The notes: a model not told the origin generated them from the sequence alone. Counted from the first letter of the stretch, positions 28,728-38,981 are shown. The stretch: DNA of 64,000 bases from Bacteroidaceae bacterium (GCA_024398435.1 JAKSJD010000006.1:28276-92275); one strand, 5' to 3'. A program made the numbers and translations.

Positions 28728-28735
28728 TATATTTG
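28728..28735 (+). promoter_or_regulatory. -7 box TATATTTG, proximal promoter of relA
   Basis: TAnnTTTG match 27 nt upstream of the ATG at 28762. Confidence 0.5.
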
Positions 28736-28761
28736 CAGTCAAATAGCCAAAAAGAAATAGA

Positions 28762-30993
28762 ATGACCGACCAATACATACAGCAAATACGCGATATTCTG
28801 CAACGAATCGAAGCCTTGACTGCCGATATTATCAGCCAAGACGACCAGCAGAAAATCAGCAACATACTATCCGAAATCATTGATTCGGAATATGACACGA
28901 ATGCTGTATGGGGTGGAAAAGACAGCATTTACACCTCTTTCGGCCTCGACCCCCTACTCTTCGACCTTCAGACGGCACTCATCAGCATTGAGGAAATCGG
29001 TGCAAGCCGAGCAATCATCCTGAGCATCCTTCTTCATGAATTCGTCAAAATCGACCGCCTTTCGCTCGACAAAGTAAAGGCAGATTTCGGCGAAGACGTT
29101 GCCCACATAATCAAAGGACTTCTGAAAGTAAACGAGCTCTATGCAAAGAGCCCATCAGTCGAAACCGAGAATTTCCGCGACCTGATGCTTTCGTTTGCCG
29201 AAGACATGAGAGTGATTTTCATCATCATAGCCGACAGAGTGAATCTCATGCGCCAAATCAAGGACAAGGGCACCGACGAAGCCAGACGCAAAGTGGCCCA
29301 CGAAGCCAACTACCTTTATGCGCCTCTTGCCCACAAACTCGGACTCTACCTGATCAAATCCGAATTGGAAGATCTCTCCCTGAAATATCTCGAGACAGAG
29401 ACTTTCTATATGATCAAGGAGAAACTCAATGCCACAAAACGTGCCCGCGACGAATACATAAAGACTTTCATCTCGCCAATCGAGGAAAAACTCTCTGCTG
29501 CCGGACTTCGCTTCCACATGAAAGGCCGAACAAAGAGCATACACTCCATTTGGCAGAAAATGCAAAAGCAGAAATGCCAGTTCGAAGGCATCTACGACCT
29601 CTTTGCCATCCGCATCATCCTCGATTCGGCTCCTGACAGGGAAAAACAGGATTGCTGGCAAGCCTACAGCATCGTGACCGACATGTATCGCCCTAATCCA
29701 AAACGACTCAGGGATTGGCTCAGCGTACCAAAAAGCAATGGCTATGAAAGTCTTCACACCACTGTAATGGGTCCTGAGGGCAAATGGGTGGAAATCCAAA
29801 TCCGTACGGAACGAATGGACGACATTGCCGAACACGGACTTGCTGCCCATTGGCGCTACAAGGGAGTTAAAGACAGTGGAGCCAAACTCGAAGACTGGCT
29901 CAAGGACATCCGAAGTGCATTGGAATCGCAAAGTTCAAGCGATGAGCAACTCGTCGACCAATTCAAGGTGGATCTCTACAGCGATGAAGTGTTCGTATTC
30001 ACACCAAAAGGCGACCTCTTCAAACTGCCAAAAGGTTCGACAATACTTGATTTCGCATTCCAAATCCACACAAACGTGGGCAGCCACTGCAGCGGAGGAA
30101 AGGTCAATGGCAAGAACATGCCAATGCGAACAAAACTGCAAACAGGCGACCAGGTTGAGATTCTCACCAATCCAAACCAGCAACCAAAGCAGGATTGGCT
30201 CAACTTTGCAATCACATCCAAGGCAAAGAACAAGATTCGCCAAAGCATTCACGAGCAGGAACTTCGTACTGCCACATATGCAAAGGAAACCATCGAGCGA
30301 AAGTTCAAGAACAGAAAACTCGAATACGAAGAGCCAATCTTGATGAAGACGGTCAAGCGACTCGGTTTCAAGCATGTGATGGAGTTCTACAAAGCATTAT
30401 CCGAAGAGGTACTCGACATCAACAAAGTCATCGACACCTACATCGAGGAACAAAAGCGCGAAAACAACGAACTGCCAACCGTTGAAACGCAAAGTGCCGA
30501 AAACTTCAAGCTTGATGCCGTAACAAAGACCAGCGAAACAACCAACAAGGACGTTCTCCTCATTGGTAATAATATAAAAGGTGTGGTATATAACCTCGCA
30601 AAATGCTGCAACCCAATCTATGGAGATGATATCATAGGTTTCGTCACAGTGAGCCGAGGAATCACAATCCACAGAAAAAACTGCCCTAATTGCCGACGCC
30701 TTATCGAACAAATGAGCTACCGCCAAATCGAAGTCAATTGGGCAGAACAGGCAAGCGGACAATTCCCTATCACGCTTCACATCATTGGAAACGACGATAT
30801 CGGAATCGTCAACAACATTACGAGCATCATCCTGAAAGAGAAGAACATACTCCTCCGAAGCATCGACATCAAGTCGTCGGAAGACGGACTCTTCGCAGGA
30901 AACCTCACAATAATGATCGACGACAACAATCGCCTGAGCCAATTAATCAAGAAAATACAAGCCATCAAAGGCGTAAAAAATGTCAGCAGATAA
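28762..30993 (+). CDS. relA: RelA/SpoT-homologue (p)ppGpp synthetase; the hydrolase HD motif looks degenerate
   Basis: 743 aa. Synthetase blocks RTKSIHSIWQKM, YDLFAIRIIL, GYESLHTTV, EIQIRTERMDDIAEHG, followed by TGS and ACT-like C-terminal domains. The expected LHD(V)xED reads LLHEFVKID. Confidence 0.92.
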   Translation: MTDQYIQQIRDILQRIEALTADIISQDDQQKISNILSEIIDSEYDTNAVWGGKDSIYTSFGLDPLLFDLQTALISIEEIGASRAIILSILLHEFVKIDRLSLDKVKADFGEDVAHIIKGLLKVNELYAKSPSVETENFRDLMLSFAEDMRVIFIIIADRVNLMRQIKDKGTDEARRKVAHEANYLYAPLAHKLGLYLIKSELEDLSLKYLETETFYMIKEKLNATKRARDEYIKTFISPIEEKLSAAGLRFHMKGRTKSIHSIWQKMQKQKCQFEGIYDLFAIRIILDSAPDREKQDCWQAYSIVTDMYRPNPKRLRDWLSVPKSNGYESLHTTVMGPEGKWVEIQIRTERMDDIAEHGLAAHWRYKGVKDSGAKLEDWLKDIRSALESQSSSDEQLVDQFKVDLYSDEVFVFTPKGDLFKLPKGSTILDFAFQIHTNVGSHCSGGKVNGKNMPMRTKLQTGDQVEILTNPNQQPKQDWLNFAITSKAKNKIRQSIHEQELRTATYAKETIERKFKNRKLEYEEPILMKTVKRLGFKHVMEFYKALSEEVLDINKVIDTYIEEQKRENNELPTVETQSAENFKLDAVTKTSETTNKDVLLIGNNIKGVVYNLAKCCNPIYGDDIIGFVTVSRGITIHRKNCPNCRRLIEQMSYRQIEVNWAEQASGQFPITLHIIGNDDIGIVNNITSIILKEKNILLRSIDIKSSEDGLFAGNLTIMIDDNNRLSQLIKKIQAIKGVKNVSR

Positions 30994-31002
30994 AGCGACG
31001 AT

Positions 31003-31476
31003 ATGAAGACAATTCTCATACAAGTAGGCAAGACAACAAGCAAAGACTTCCAAGTGATTATCGACGATTATACAAGTCGAGTGAAGCACTATTGCCAATT
31101 TGACATTGTCACCATACCAGAACTAAAGAACACAAAAGCCCTCTCACAAGAGCAACAAAAGCATCAGGAAGGCGAACTGATACTCAAGCAATTACAGGAC
31201 AGCGACTATGTAGTGGTGCTCGACGAACACGGAAAAGAACTCCGAAGCATCGAACTTGCCAGTTGGATAGAGAAAAAGCAACAAACCGTCAGTCGCAACC
31301 TCATATTCATCATCGGAGGTCCTTACGGCTTCTCACCCGAAGTCTATCAAAGAGCCAACGAAAAACTCTCACTATCGAAGATGACATTCTCCCACCAAAT
31401 GATTCGCATGATATTCATCGAACAGCTCTACAGAGCATACACAATCATCCGAGGCGAGCAATATCATCACGAATAA
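31003..31476 (+). CDS. rlmH: 23S rRNA (pseudouridine1915-N3)-methyltransferase
   Basis: 157 aa SPOUT protein: MKTILIQVGKT...IFIIGGPYGFS...SLSKMTFSHQM. Confidence 0.92.
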   Translation: MKTILIQVGKTTSKDFQVIIDDYTSRVKHYCQFDIVTIPELKNTKALSQEQQKHQEGELILKQLQDSDYVVVLDEHGKELRSIELASWIEKKQQTVSRNLIFIIGGPYGFSPEVYQRANEKLSLSKMTFSHQMIRMIFIEQLYRAYTIIRGEQYHHE

Positions 31477-31675
31477 CGAATAACAAAAATCACGAACCAA
31501 AAAGAGAAAAATCATATATTATATATAATAAATGTATAAATAAATCGAAAAAAACTGCTCAAACATTTGGGCATTTCATAATATTTGCATAACTTTGGCA
31601 CCGAATTAAGTGCTAATTGCAATCCAAAACGAGAATTTGAAATTAAATTATTACTAACAAATTAATTATTTCTTT

Positions 31676-34180
31676 ATGAGAAAAACGATTACTTCAATCA
31701 TGACAATGGTGGCAATGTTATTTGCAACCAGTGCGATGGCTCAGTTCAAAGGATCGGTCACTCAGTATCCTACTACCGATTACAGCATGGATGCCATCTC
31801 ATTCTCTCTCAACGAAGTAGCCACAGCTCTTGGAACCGACACTGCAACACTCATCAGTGCGTATGCAGAATTCGCAGAACTTCCACAGGAAGATTTCTAT
31901 GTAGCTCCTGGTACTTCAACATTCTATGTAACTCTTTCCACTGACGAAGAGTCTACACGTTACACCCAAGGCGGCAACGGTAACTACTGGTTGACCTCTG
32001 AAGGTAAGGCCACTGTATGGGGTTCAACAGAAGAAGACCTCGTTGCAGCATGGTATTACGAACTCGACATGGACCCAGAGGAAGAACTTCTTTATTTCTG
32101 GGCAGGTCAGATGCCAGACGCTTGCAAAGCTGAAGATGTTTGCCATGCTCTCGTTACTTTCCACTACGGAGAAGCAACAGCTACATTCGACCTCACTCTT
32201 AATATTGAGGCAAAGCCAACTATTGATGTTGAACCATGTACAACATTCTCTAAGCTCCAAATCGTTGGCCGTGCAAGCACAAGCTTAAGCCAATATCCTC
32301 GTGCTAACTGGGCATATGATCCTATCTCATTCGATGTAGCAGGAATCGCTGAAGCTCTCGGCATGAGCACAGATAATTTGTCCATGTTCTTCGAAGACAT
32401 GCTTTATGCTAAGACTTACGATGCTGACTATGACATCATTACAGACTCTTTGACACACAGTTTCACTGCAACTCCTAACCCTGGTTTCTGGTACATTAAG
32501 ACTTATGATGAAAATACAGGTGATGAAGGCGATGAAGTTGTTCAAGGACCTTACGGTGGTGAAGATGTATTCTGGGTATCATCAATTGCATTCGATGCTG
32601 AAGCAGGAACTATCACAGCTGAAGTTGGTCAGTATCCTAACGGACTTGCTGTAAACCAGAGCCGCTATGGTTACTTCTATGTTATCTATGGTGACAAGGC
32701 ATACGAACTCAAGGTTGAGCTCACTATCATCCCTGAACCTGCAAAGCCTTACAAGGATATGGAAAAGGTGGGTGAATCGAACTACCACTTCATCCTTGAA
32801 CATGAATTCAATGGTTATCAAATTGCAACAATTGACATCAACCTCGATTCTATCGCAGAACTTCTTGGTTCAGACCCTGCAGACATTAAGCTTCAGTTCT
32901 TGAAGGACGAAGAAAACTTCTCGTCTTCTTCTACTGCAAACCAAGGTGGTTGCTATATGAATGAAGACGGATTTGTATGTGCTTGGGGCGAATCAGGAAG
33001 AACATTCATAGAACCTTTAGTACAAGGCGACTTCTCTCAATTGTCATTCGGTTCATATTCTCCAGGTTGGGGCACAGTTCTTAAGGACAGCGTAACATAC
33101 ACAGGAAGTGCATTCCTCGTTGGCAACAACAAGTACTATCAGATTACTTGTTCATTCTGGCGTCAAGGCGAAAATGTTGACCCTCAGAGCTACACAGTAG
33201 AAACTTGTGCTACAGTTGCAACTCAGGTTTACACATATCAGATTGTTCCAAATGGAAGTGATTACCAAGACAGCCACATGGTTAATGAACCACTCGACCT
33301 CAATATCGACTTTATTAAAGCACAACTCGGAGGTACTGAGACATTGTATGGAGAAGTATTTGACTCAGTTGGTAATGTAACTTATTCAAGAGCATATTCT
33401 TGCGACCCTAAGCCAGGCTTCTGGATGATTCCTTCTGCTGATAATGTTGAACACAAGTCAATGGTCGGTACATGGGGTACTAACACTTACGGTATGTCTT
33501 ATGCAAATGGTATCATGCAGTTCTTCCAGTTCCCTGGTCAGCGTGCTGTAGGCGACTACTATACAGACAACTTCTATCTTGTTAACCTCCAGAATGGTAA
33601 GAAGATCAAGTATATCATTACAGTTAACTTCGTTGAAGAATATACAGAAATGTCTGAAGTAGTAGGTTCTGAAACTCTTACACTCGGTGCTCGCGATGGT
33701 GAAAGTGAATTCGGTATTTACACTGAAGTTGACCTCGCTCCAATGTATGAAGCACTCGGTTGCTCTGCAGAAGAATTCGCAGAAGCTGGTAAGTGGCTCG
33801 CCATGAACAAAGACGGACAGTTCGCTGAAGACAACTACGACGAACAGGAAGGCTTCTTCTTCGCTGCTGATGGTAAGACTATCGACGACGGAACAGAAGT
33901 TGTTCACTGTGGTTTTGCTCCAGATGAAGAGAAGTTCTATTCTTGGATCATCGACGACCAGAATCTTGTTAATGCTTACAACATGACTATCTATGCTGAA
34001 TACAACTCACAGTGGTATGCTTACTACATCACAGTTGGTACTCCTGAAGTTGTTGGCATCAATGCAGTCAAGAACAATGTAAGCAAGTCAGGCAAGGTAT
34101 TCGACCTTACTGGACGTGAAGTAAAGAACCCATCAAAGGGCATTTACATCCAGAATGGCAAGAAGGTTCTCTTCAAGTAA
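31676..34180 (+). CDS. Secreted 834-aa protein made of five ~150-aa repeat modules (DUF4859-like) plus a T9SS C-terminal sorting tail
   Basis: Signal peptide. Each module starts with a recurring block: DAISFSLNEVATALGTDTATL, DPISFDVAGIAEALGMSTDNL, ATIDINLDSIAELLGSDPADI, PLDLNIDFIKAQLGGTETL, TEVDLAPMYEALGCSAEEF. The tail reads ...SGKVFDLTGREVKNPSKGIYIQNGKKVLFK. Confidence 0.8.
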   Translation: MRKTITSIMTMVAMLFATSAMAQFKGSVTQYPTTDYSMDAISFSLNEVATALGTDTATLISAYAEFAELPQEDFYVAPGTSTFYVTLSTDEESTRYTQGGNGNYWLTSEGKATVWGSTEEDLVAAWYYELDMDPEEELLYFWAGQMPDACKAEDVCHALVTFHYGEATATFDLTLNIEAKPTIDVEPCTTFSKLQIVGRASTSLSQYPRANWAYDPISFDVAGIAEALGMSTDNLSMFFEDMLYAKTYDADYDIITDSLTHSFTATPNPGFWYIKTYDENTGDEGDEVVQGPYGGEDVFWVSSIAFDAEAGTITAEVGQYPNGLAVNQSRYGYFYVIYGDKAYELKVELTIIPEPAKPYKDMEKVGESNYHFILEHEFNGYQIATIDINLDSIAELLGSDPADIKLQFLKDEENFSSSSTANQGGCYMNEDGFVCAWGESGRTFIEPLVQGDFSQLSFGSYSPGWGTVLKDSVTYTGSAFLVGNNKYYQITCSFWRQGENVDPQSYTVETCATVATQVYTYQIVPNGSDYQDSHMVNEPLDLNIDFIKAQLGGTETLYGEVFDSVGNVTYSRAYSCDPKPGFWMIPSADNVEHKSMVGTWGTNTYGMSYANGIMQFFQFPGQRAVGDYYTDNFYLVNLQNGKKIKYIITVNFVEEYTEMSEVVGSETLTLGARDGESEFGIYTEVDLAPMYEALGCSAEEFAEAGKWLAMNKDGQFAEDNYDEQEGFFFAADGKTIDDGTEVVHCGFAPDEEKFYSWIIDDQNLVNAYNMTIYAEYNSQWYAYYITVGTPEVVGINAVKNNVSKSGKVFDLTGREVKNPSKGIYIQNGKKVLFK

Positions 34181-34207
34181 GTCAGAAACTTCTATAATAT
34201 ATATAAT

Positions 34208-34235
34208 AAGGTGTGCCTTTCAGAAGGTACACCTT
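34208..34235 (+). terminator. Hairpin terminator after the 834-aa gene
   Basis: AAGGTGTGCC-TTTCAGAA-GGTACACCTT followed by ATTTTTATT. Confidence 0.65.
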
Positions 34236-34319
34236 ATTTTTATTACGAATATTTGGTCAATAAAAGTTTTTTGCGTATATTTGCATAAAATTATCAAACA
34301 AAAAGAATCGCAAGCTGAT

Positions 34320-35795
34320 ATGAACCGCAAACTAACCTACACAATCCTCACATTGGTATTGGCTAACATTGTCAATACTTCATTATATGCACAGGTAAAC
34401 TATTGCCCAAACGATGATTGCACAAAGTGCCGACTTCTTCGTGAGGTTGACTATCAGTTCAATGCAATTCGTAATGACATCACTCTCCCTCAAACCCTCG
34501 ACGGAAAGACAATTCATTGGCAGATTGAGAACAGGGAAGGCGGAGACACTCCATACATGGCTTTTGACGGCCAAACCATTCATATCAAGTCGTTACCAAA
34601 GGGAGAATACCAACCAGCAGGCACATTGTATGCTGAAGTTGGAGGCGAAAAGGTTAAGTTCAATCTCACTTTAGCTCCAGATGATGAAATGTTTGGTTAT
34701 CTCTATTGCCACATGGCTGGAAATGGAGAGAACACCAATTATGCGATAGGAACAAAAGCTGACCGAGGCGAGATTTTCTACCCTATCATCAACAATCAAC
34801 CTATCTTCAATCCCGAAGATGTTGCAAAAATCGAAGGTGGAGTTCGCGATGCTTTTATCATCAGAGGTAAGGACAACAACTATTTGATGGTGAACACAGA
34901 CATGTGTAACCGCAAAAGCCGAGTTTGGTTCAATTATGGAATCGACCTACTCAAATCCAACGACCTCATACATTGGACATCAGTTTCGTTCGATTTCCGC
35001 AAAGGCAATGAAGTGTTCTCCGACCCTCAAAGCAAGGATTATATAAAAGATTACAAGAAGATTAACAGAGTTTGGGCTCCACAAATCATTTGGGATGAAG
35101 ACTATAATGATGGCGAAGGCGGCTACCTTATCTACTATTCTATCCTCAGCACAAATGAGGGCGACACTTATGATAAGATTTATTATTCGTATGCCAATCG
35201 AGATTTCACAACATTGACAAAGCCTCAACTCATGCACGATCATGGAATATCCGTAATCGACTGCCATATAGATTGGAATGATTGCGACCGCCGATATCAT
35301 GTATTCTATAAGAAAGAAGGAGCAGCAGGTGTTGACAGAGGCATATACGAAGCGGTGTTCGACAAACTTCCCGTATCGGAATGGCGAAATGTGCTTCATA
35401 TCACGAATGAAGGCAAAGAGCAAGTTGAGGGTGGAAGTGCTTTCCGTCTCATCAACGAAAACACATGGAAAGTCACTTACATAAAGTATTCCGGCCAAAG
35501 AGTTTATCGCGTATGCAATGCTAATGCAACAGAAGAGAATGTCGATCGTGGTGTAGTGATTGGAACGAACGTAAATCCTCAGCATGGTTCGTTCATGCAA
35601 ATCACGAAAGACGAATATGACCTTTTGCAAGCATGGTCGGATTTAAAGCTTAAAGTTCAAGAACTTGAAGCCAACCCAAAGGCTGCAAAGAGCAAGAAAC
35701 TAAAGGTTGCAAAAGAGGCATTGGAGAAGACTTTCGCAACCAATTCAGTTCCTCTGTTGTTGAAGCTATATAAGGATACGATTAAAACATTATAA
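34320..35795 (+). CDS. Secreted five-bladed-propeller glycoside hydrolase, GH43-like
   Basis: I prefer the ATG at 34320 (MNRKLTYTILTLVLANIVNTSLYAQ, signal peptide; 491 aa). Blocks GGVRDAFIIRG, RVWAPQIIWD and EGGSAF resemble the GH43 catalytic Asp/Asp/Glu contexts. Subfamily not assignable by eye. Confidence 0.65.
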   Translation: MNRKLTYTILTLVLANIVNTSLYAQVNYCPNDDCTKCRLLREVDYQFNAIRNDITLPQTLDGKTIHWQIENREGGDTPYMAFDGQTIHIKSLPKGEYQPAGTLYAEVGGEKVKFNLTLAPDDEMFGYLYCHMAGNGENTNYAIGTKADRGEIFYPIINNQPIFNPEDVAKIEGGVRDAFIIRGKDNNYLMVNTDMCNRKSRVWFNYGIDLLKSNDLIHWTSVSFDFRKGNEVFSDPQSKDYIKDYKKINRVWAPQIIWDEDYNDGEGGYLIYYSILSTNEGDTYDKIYYSYANRDFTTLTKPQLMHDHGISVIDCHIDWNDCDRRYHVFYKKEGAAGVDRGIYEAVFDKLPVSEWRNVLHITNEGKEQVEGGSAFRLINENTWKVTYIKYSGQRVYRVCNANATEENVDRGVVIGTNVNPQHGSFMQITKDEYDLLQAWSDLKLKVQELEANPKAAKSKKLKVAKEALEKTFATNSVPLLLKLYKDTIKTL

Positions 35796-35864
35796 GAAAT
35801 GACCTCAAACATTATAAGAAATGAGGCCAAACATTATAAGAAAATAATACAAACTAATTTATAC
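35778..35864. repeat. Tandem array, 3 good units plus 1 degenerate unit of 22 bp (ACATTATAAGAA at 35787, 35809, 35831); the first unit contains the stop codon of the upstream gene
   Basis: Units are ACGATTAAAACATTATAAGAA, ATGACCTCAAACATTATAAGAA, ATGAGGCCAAACATTATAAGAA and AATAATACAAACTAATTTATAC. Confidence 0.85.
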
Positions 35865-35870
35865 ACAAAG

Positions 35871-38800
35871 ATGAAGAAATCACTATTCGCGGCAATACTT
35901 CTGACCGCATCACTTTCAACAAGTGCTCAAACTGAATCCAAATGGAATGAACCAGGCAACGGAAACCCATTCATTCCTGGTTATTTTGCCGACCCTACGA
36001 TCCGTAAGTTCGGTGACACTTTCTACATTTACGCTACAACCGATGGCACCGGAAACGGTTATGGTCCGGCTCAGGTATGGATGTCGAAGGACTTTGTCAA
36101 TTGGCGAAATGTCGTTATGAATTGGCCAACTACCGAAGTTGTTTGGGCTCCTGATGTTATTCCAACAAAAGACGGGAAGTACAGATACTATTATTGCGAG
36201 CCATGTATGGTTCATGTTGGCGAAAGCGACTCACCGGTTGGTCCTTGGAAGAATATGCTTGGTGAGGCAGATGCTGTATTGATGCCCGACAGATATTGCC
36301 ATCCAAAAGCCATAACACTCGACCCTCAGGTATTTACCGACGATGACGGAAGCCAATATATGTTTGTAGGAACATGGGGATTTTATGATGATGCTGGTTG
36401 CGGATGGGCAAAACTTGCACCTGATGGAAAATCGTTTACAGACAAAGGGCTCATATCCAGTCGTGAGATAAGGGATTTCTTCGAAGGTCCATTCGTATTC
36501 AAGAAAGATGGAGTTTATTATTTCACATATTCATGTGGAAGTTGCCACGACGACACTTATCGTGTGGATTATGCAATAAGTACTGAAAGCCCTATAGGTC
36601 CTTACACATACAAAGGCAACATCTTGAAGACAAATGCAGACGGAACCGTTCATGGTCCTGGCCACCATTCGATATTGATTGATGGCAACGACTATTATAT
36701 TGTCTATCATCGTCACAACAATCCTCATTCCGTTCATGGCTTCAATCGCCAGCTCTGTATTGATAAGATTGAGTTTGATACAGATGGAAACATTAAGCCA
36801 ATCAAGCCAACTCATGCCGGACTTCTTCCTTCTTCTTTAGCAAAGAAAGCAAAGAAATATGCCATAGAGAATCTTGCATACAAGGCAAAGGTCACTGCTT
36901 CGTCAGTTCTTTGCGATGATTTCAAGGCCGAATATGCAGTTGACGACAACAACGGAACCCTTTGGCGACCAAAGAACAATCAAGGCGAATCGTGGATAAG
37001 TATTGACCTTGGAGAAGTGAAGAAATTCAATCAGGTTTGGCTTCAGTTTGAATACCCTACCTTCTTCTACCAATATAAGGTGGAAACATCCGTTGACGGA
37101 ACTACTTGGACAATGTATGCTGACCGAACAGACAATACAAATGCCGGTTCACCAATGATAGAACAAGGCGAAGTAAAGGCTCGTTTTGTTAAGGTTACTA
37201 TTACTGACACACAGAAGAACGGCCATTTCGGAGCTCTTTGGAACGTAAAGGTATACAATGCAACAAAGAAGAACGACCCTGCAAAACTTTTGCCTTCTGT
37301 TGAAGGAATGGATTACGATGCAGTAAACAAAGGCTATCCAAACCTCCACAAGAAAGACGTGAATCCTTCGGAAAGAAGCAACAAAGATGTTGTTGTTGAC
37401 ATAAACGCCGATGATTATGCCCAAGGTAAGGCTATCACACTCAAGAGCATAAAGAACAGAGCAGGTGGAGAATTCAGCGGAAACGAAGAAACTCTGGTTG
37501 AAATCATCAAGGGGAAGTATGCTTTCTATTTCAATGGCAAGCAAACACTCGAAAGCAGTTTCCAGTGTCCAAAAGATTTCACATACAATGCAGCATTCAC
37601 TGTTTCTGCTTGGATATACAATCCTACGATTGAACCAATCGAATGTATTGCGAGCATAACCCCTAACAGTGGCGACCTCACAAGTTTCCAATTCAACCAA
37701 GGAAAAGACAGAACAACAGGTCTTGTCGACCATGCCGGCTCGTTCGAAAGCTATGGAAACCCACAGGCAATACAGAAAGGCGAGGGCCAATGGCAGCATT
37801 GGACAATCACATACGATGGATGGTTCGAACGGTTCTACCTAAATGGCGAACTCGTTCACGAGCAGAACAACTTCATAATGCTTCGTCCAAATGGTCCGAT
37901 TACTATTGGTGGCGAGCCATACGGAGGCAACAACTTCACTGGTTATCTTCATTCGTTGAAACTCTACAACAGAGGTCTTTCAGTTGAAGAAGTTGTGGCC
38001 GACTACAAGCAAAAGAGTGACACACAGGACAAGATTGTATTTGATACTGACAATATTGCCATCAAGTCGGAAGTGGTTTCCCCTACTCTTATCCGTCTTT
38101 CAGTTACTGACAAGGAAGGAAATATGCTACATTCAGGTCAACTCAGTTTTGCCTATGGAGCTACAAGTGATGCGAAGGCAACCAAAGCAGAAATGAGCAA
38201 GGCCTCGAACAGCTCGTCCATGCTTGTAAGTATTGACGGAAAGAAGGACCAAACATGCTTTGTTACGGTTTCGGATGATAATGGATTCAATCAGACATTC
38301 AAGGAAAAACTGACTGTCAATGCCAATGACTTCACTTTGTTCACAGATGATTTCAAGAAATTCACTGAATGGGACGGAAAGTACCAAACAAATGACAAGG
38401 TAAGCTACAAAGCAGAAAACGGAATACTGACTCTCACATCTGCCGATACATATTTCGAAGCTGATGCCACTCGAAACGGTGCGATGATTTACAAGAATGT
38501 AGAAGGTGATTTCATTGTTGAAGTGAAAGTTGCAGATTTGATGGGAAGCCAACGTCACAACACTCCTGCCTACAACGAAGGAGGACTTATGATTATCCTG
38601 CCAACGAGCGAAACCCAACAGCAGATTGTTCAGTTGGGAGTGTTCCCAAGCTACAATTGCGGCAACATGCTTACAACCGTTAATCGTCGGAATCGCCCAC
38701 AATATCCAAATCAGCAAGCATGGAATTACGACCCATACATGCAGCTCCAGAGAGTCGGCAACACAATCTATGCCCGCACTTCTCCTGATGGAAAGGTTTG

Positions 38801-38939
38801 GACAGAAATGCCTGGAAGTCCGGTTGATGCCCGTCAGTTCGAAGGAAAGACATTGCGTGTAGGTTTGTTCCAAACCACTTATACCGACAACAGTGCTTGG
38901 GTTAGTTTCTCCGACTTCAAGCTTTGGAAGAAGAAGTAA
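35871..38939 (+). CDS. Multidomain glycoside hydrolase: GH43 catalytic domain, F5/8 type C (CBM32-like), LamG-like jelly roll, and a C-terminal concanavalin-like (DUF1349-like) domain
   Basis: I prefer the ATG at 35871 (MKKSLFAAILLTASLSTSAQ; 1022 aa). NPFIPGYFADPTIRKFGDTFYIYATTD is the GH43 start. ...YAVDDNNGTLWRPKNNQGESWISIDLGEVKKFNQVWLQFE... is discoidin-like. ...FTVSAWIYNP...FTGYLHSLKLYNRGLS is LamG-like. Confidence 0.85.
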   Translation: MKKSLFAAILLTASLSTSAQTESKWNEPGNGNPFIPGYFADPTIRKFGDTFYIYATTDGTGNGYGPAQVWMSKDFVNWRNVVMNWPTTEVVWAPDVIPTKDGKYRYYYCEPCMVHVGESDSPVGPWKNMLGEADAVLMPDRYCHPKAITLDPQVFTDDDGSQYMFVGTWGFYDDAGCGWAKLAPDGKSFTDKGLISSREIRDFFEGPFVFKKDGVYYFTYSCGSCHDDTYRVDYAISTESPIGPYTYKGNILKTNADGTVHGPGHHSILIDGNDYYIVYHRHNNPHSVHGFNRQLCIDKIEFDTDGNIKPIKPTHAGLLPSSLAKKAKKYAIENLAYKAKVTASSVLCDDFKAEYAVDDNNGTLWRPKNNQGESWISIDLGEVKKFNQVWLQFEYPTFFYQYKVETSVDGTTWTMYADRTDNTNAGSPMIEQGEVKARFVKVTITDTQKNGHFGALWNVKVYNATKKNDPAKLLPSVEGMDYDAVNKGYPNLHKKDVNPSERSNKDVVVDINADDYAQGKAITLKSIKNRAGGEFSGNEETLVEIIKGKYAFYFNGKQTLESSFQCPKDFTYNAAFTVSAWIYNPTIEPIECIASITPNSGDLTSFQFNQGKDRTTGLVDHAGSFESYGNPQAIQKGEGQWQHWTITYDGWFERFYLNGELVHEQNNFIMLRPNGPITIGGEPYGGNNFTGYLHSLKLYNRGLSVEEVVADYKQKSDTQDKIVFDTDNIAIKSEVVSPTLIRLSVTDKEGNMLHSGQLSFAYGATSDAKATKAEMSKASNSSSMLVSIDGKKDQTCFVTVSDDNGFNQTFKEKLTVNANDFTLFTDDFKKFTEWDGKYQTNDKVSYKAENGILTLTSADTYFEADATRNGAMIYKNVEGDFIVEVKVADLMGSQRHNTPAYNEGGLMIILPTSETQQQIVQLGVFPSYNCGNMLTTVNRRNRPQYPNQQAWNYDPYMQLQRVGNTIYARTSPDGKVWTEMPGSPVDARQFEGKTLRVGLFQTTYTDNSAWVSFSDFKLWKKK

Positions 38940-38981
38940 TCGACCTTCCGGATTGATTTTTATTACATCTTGCCCACAAAG

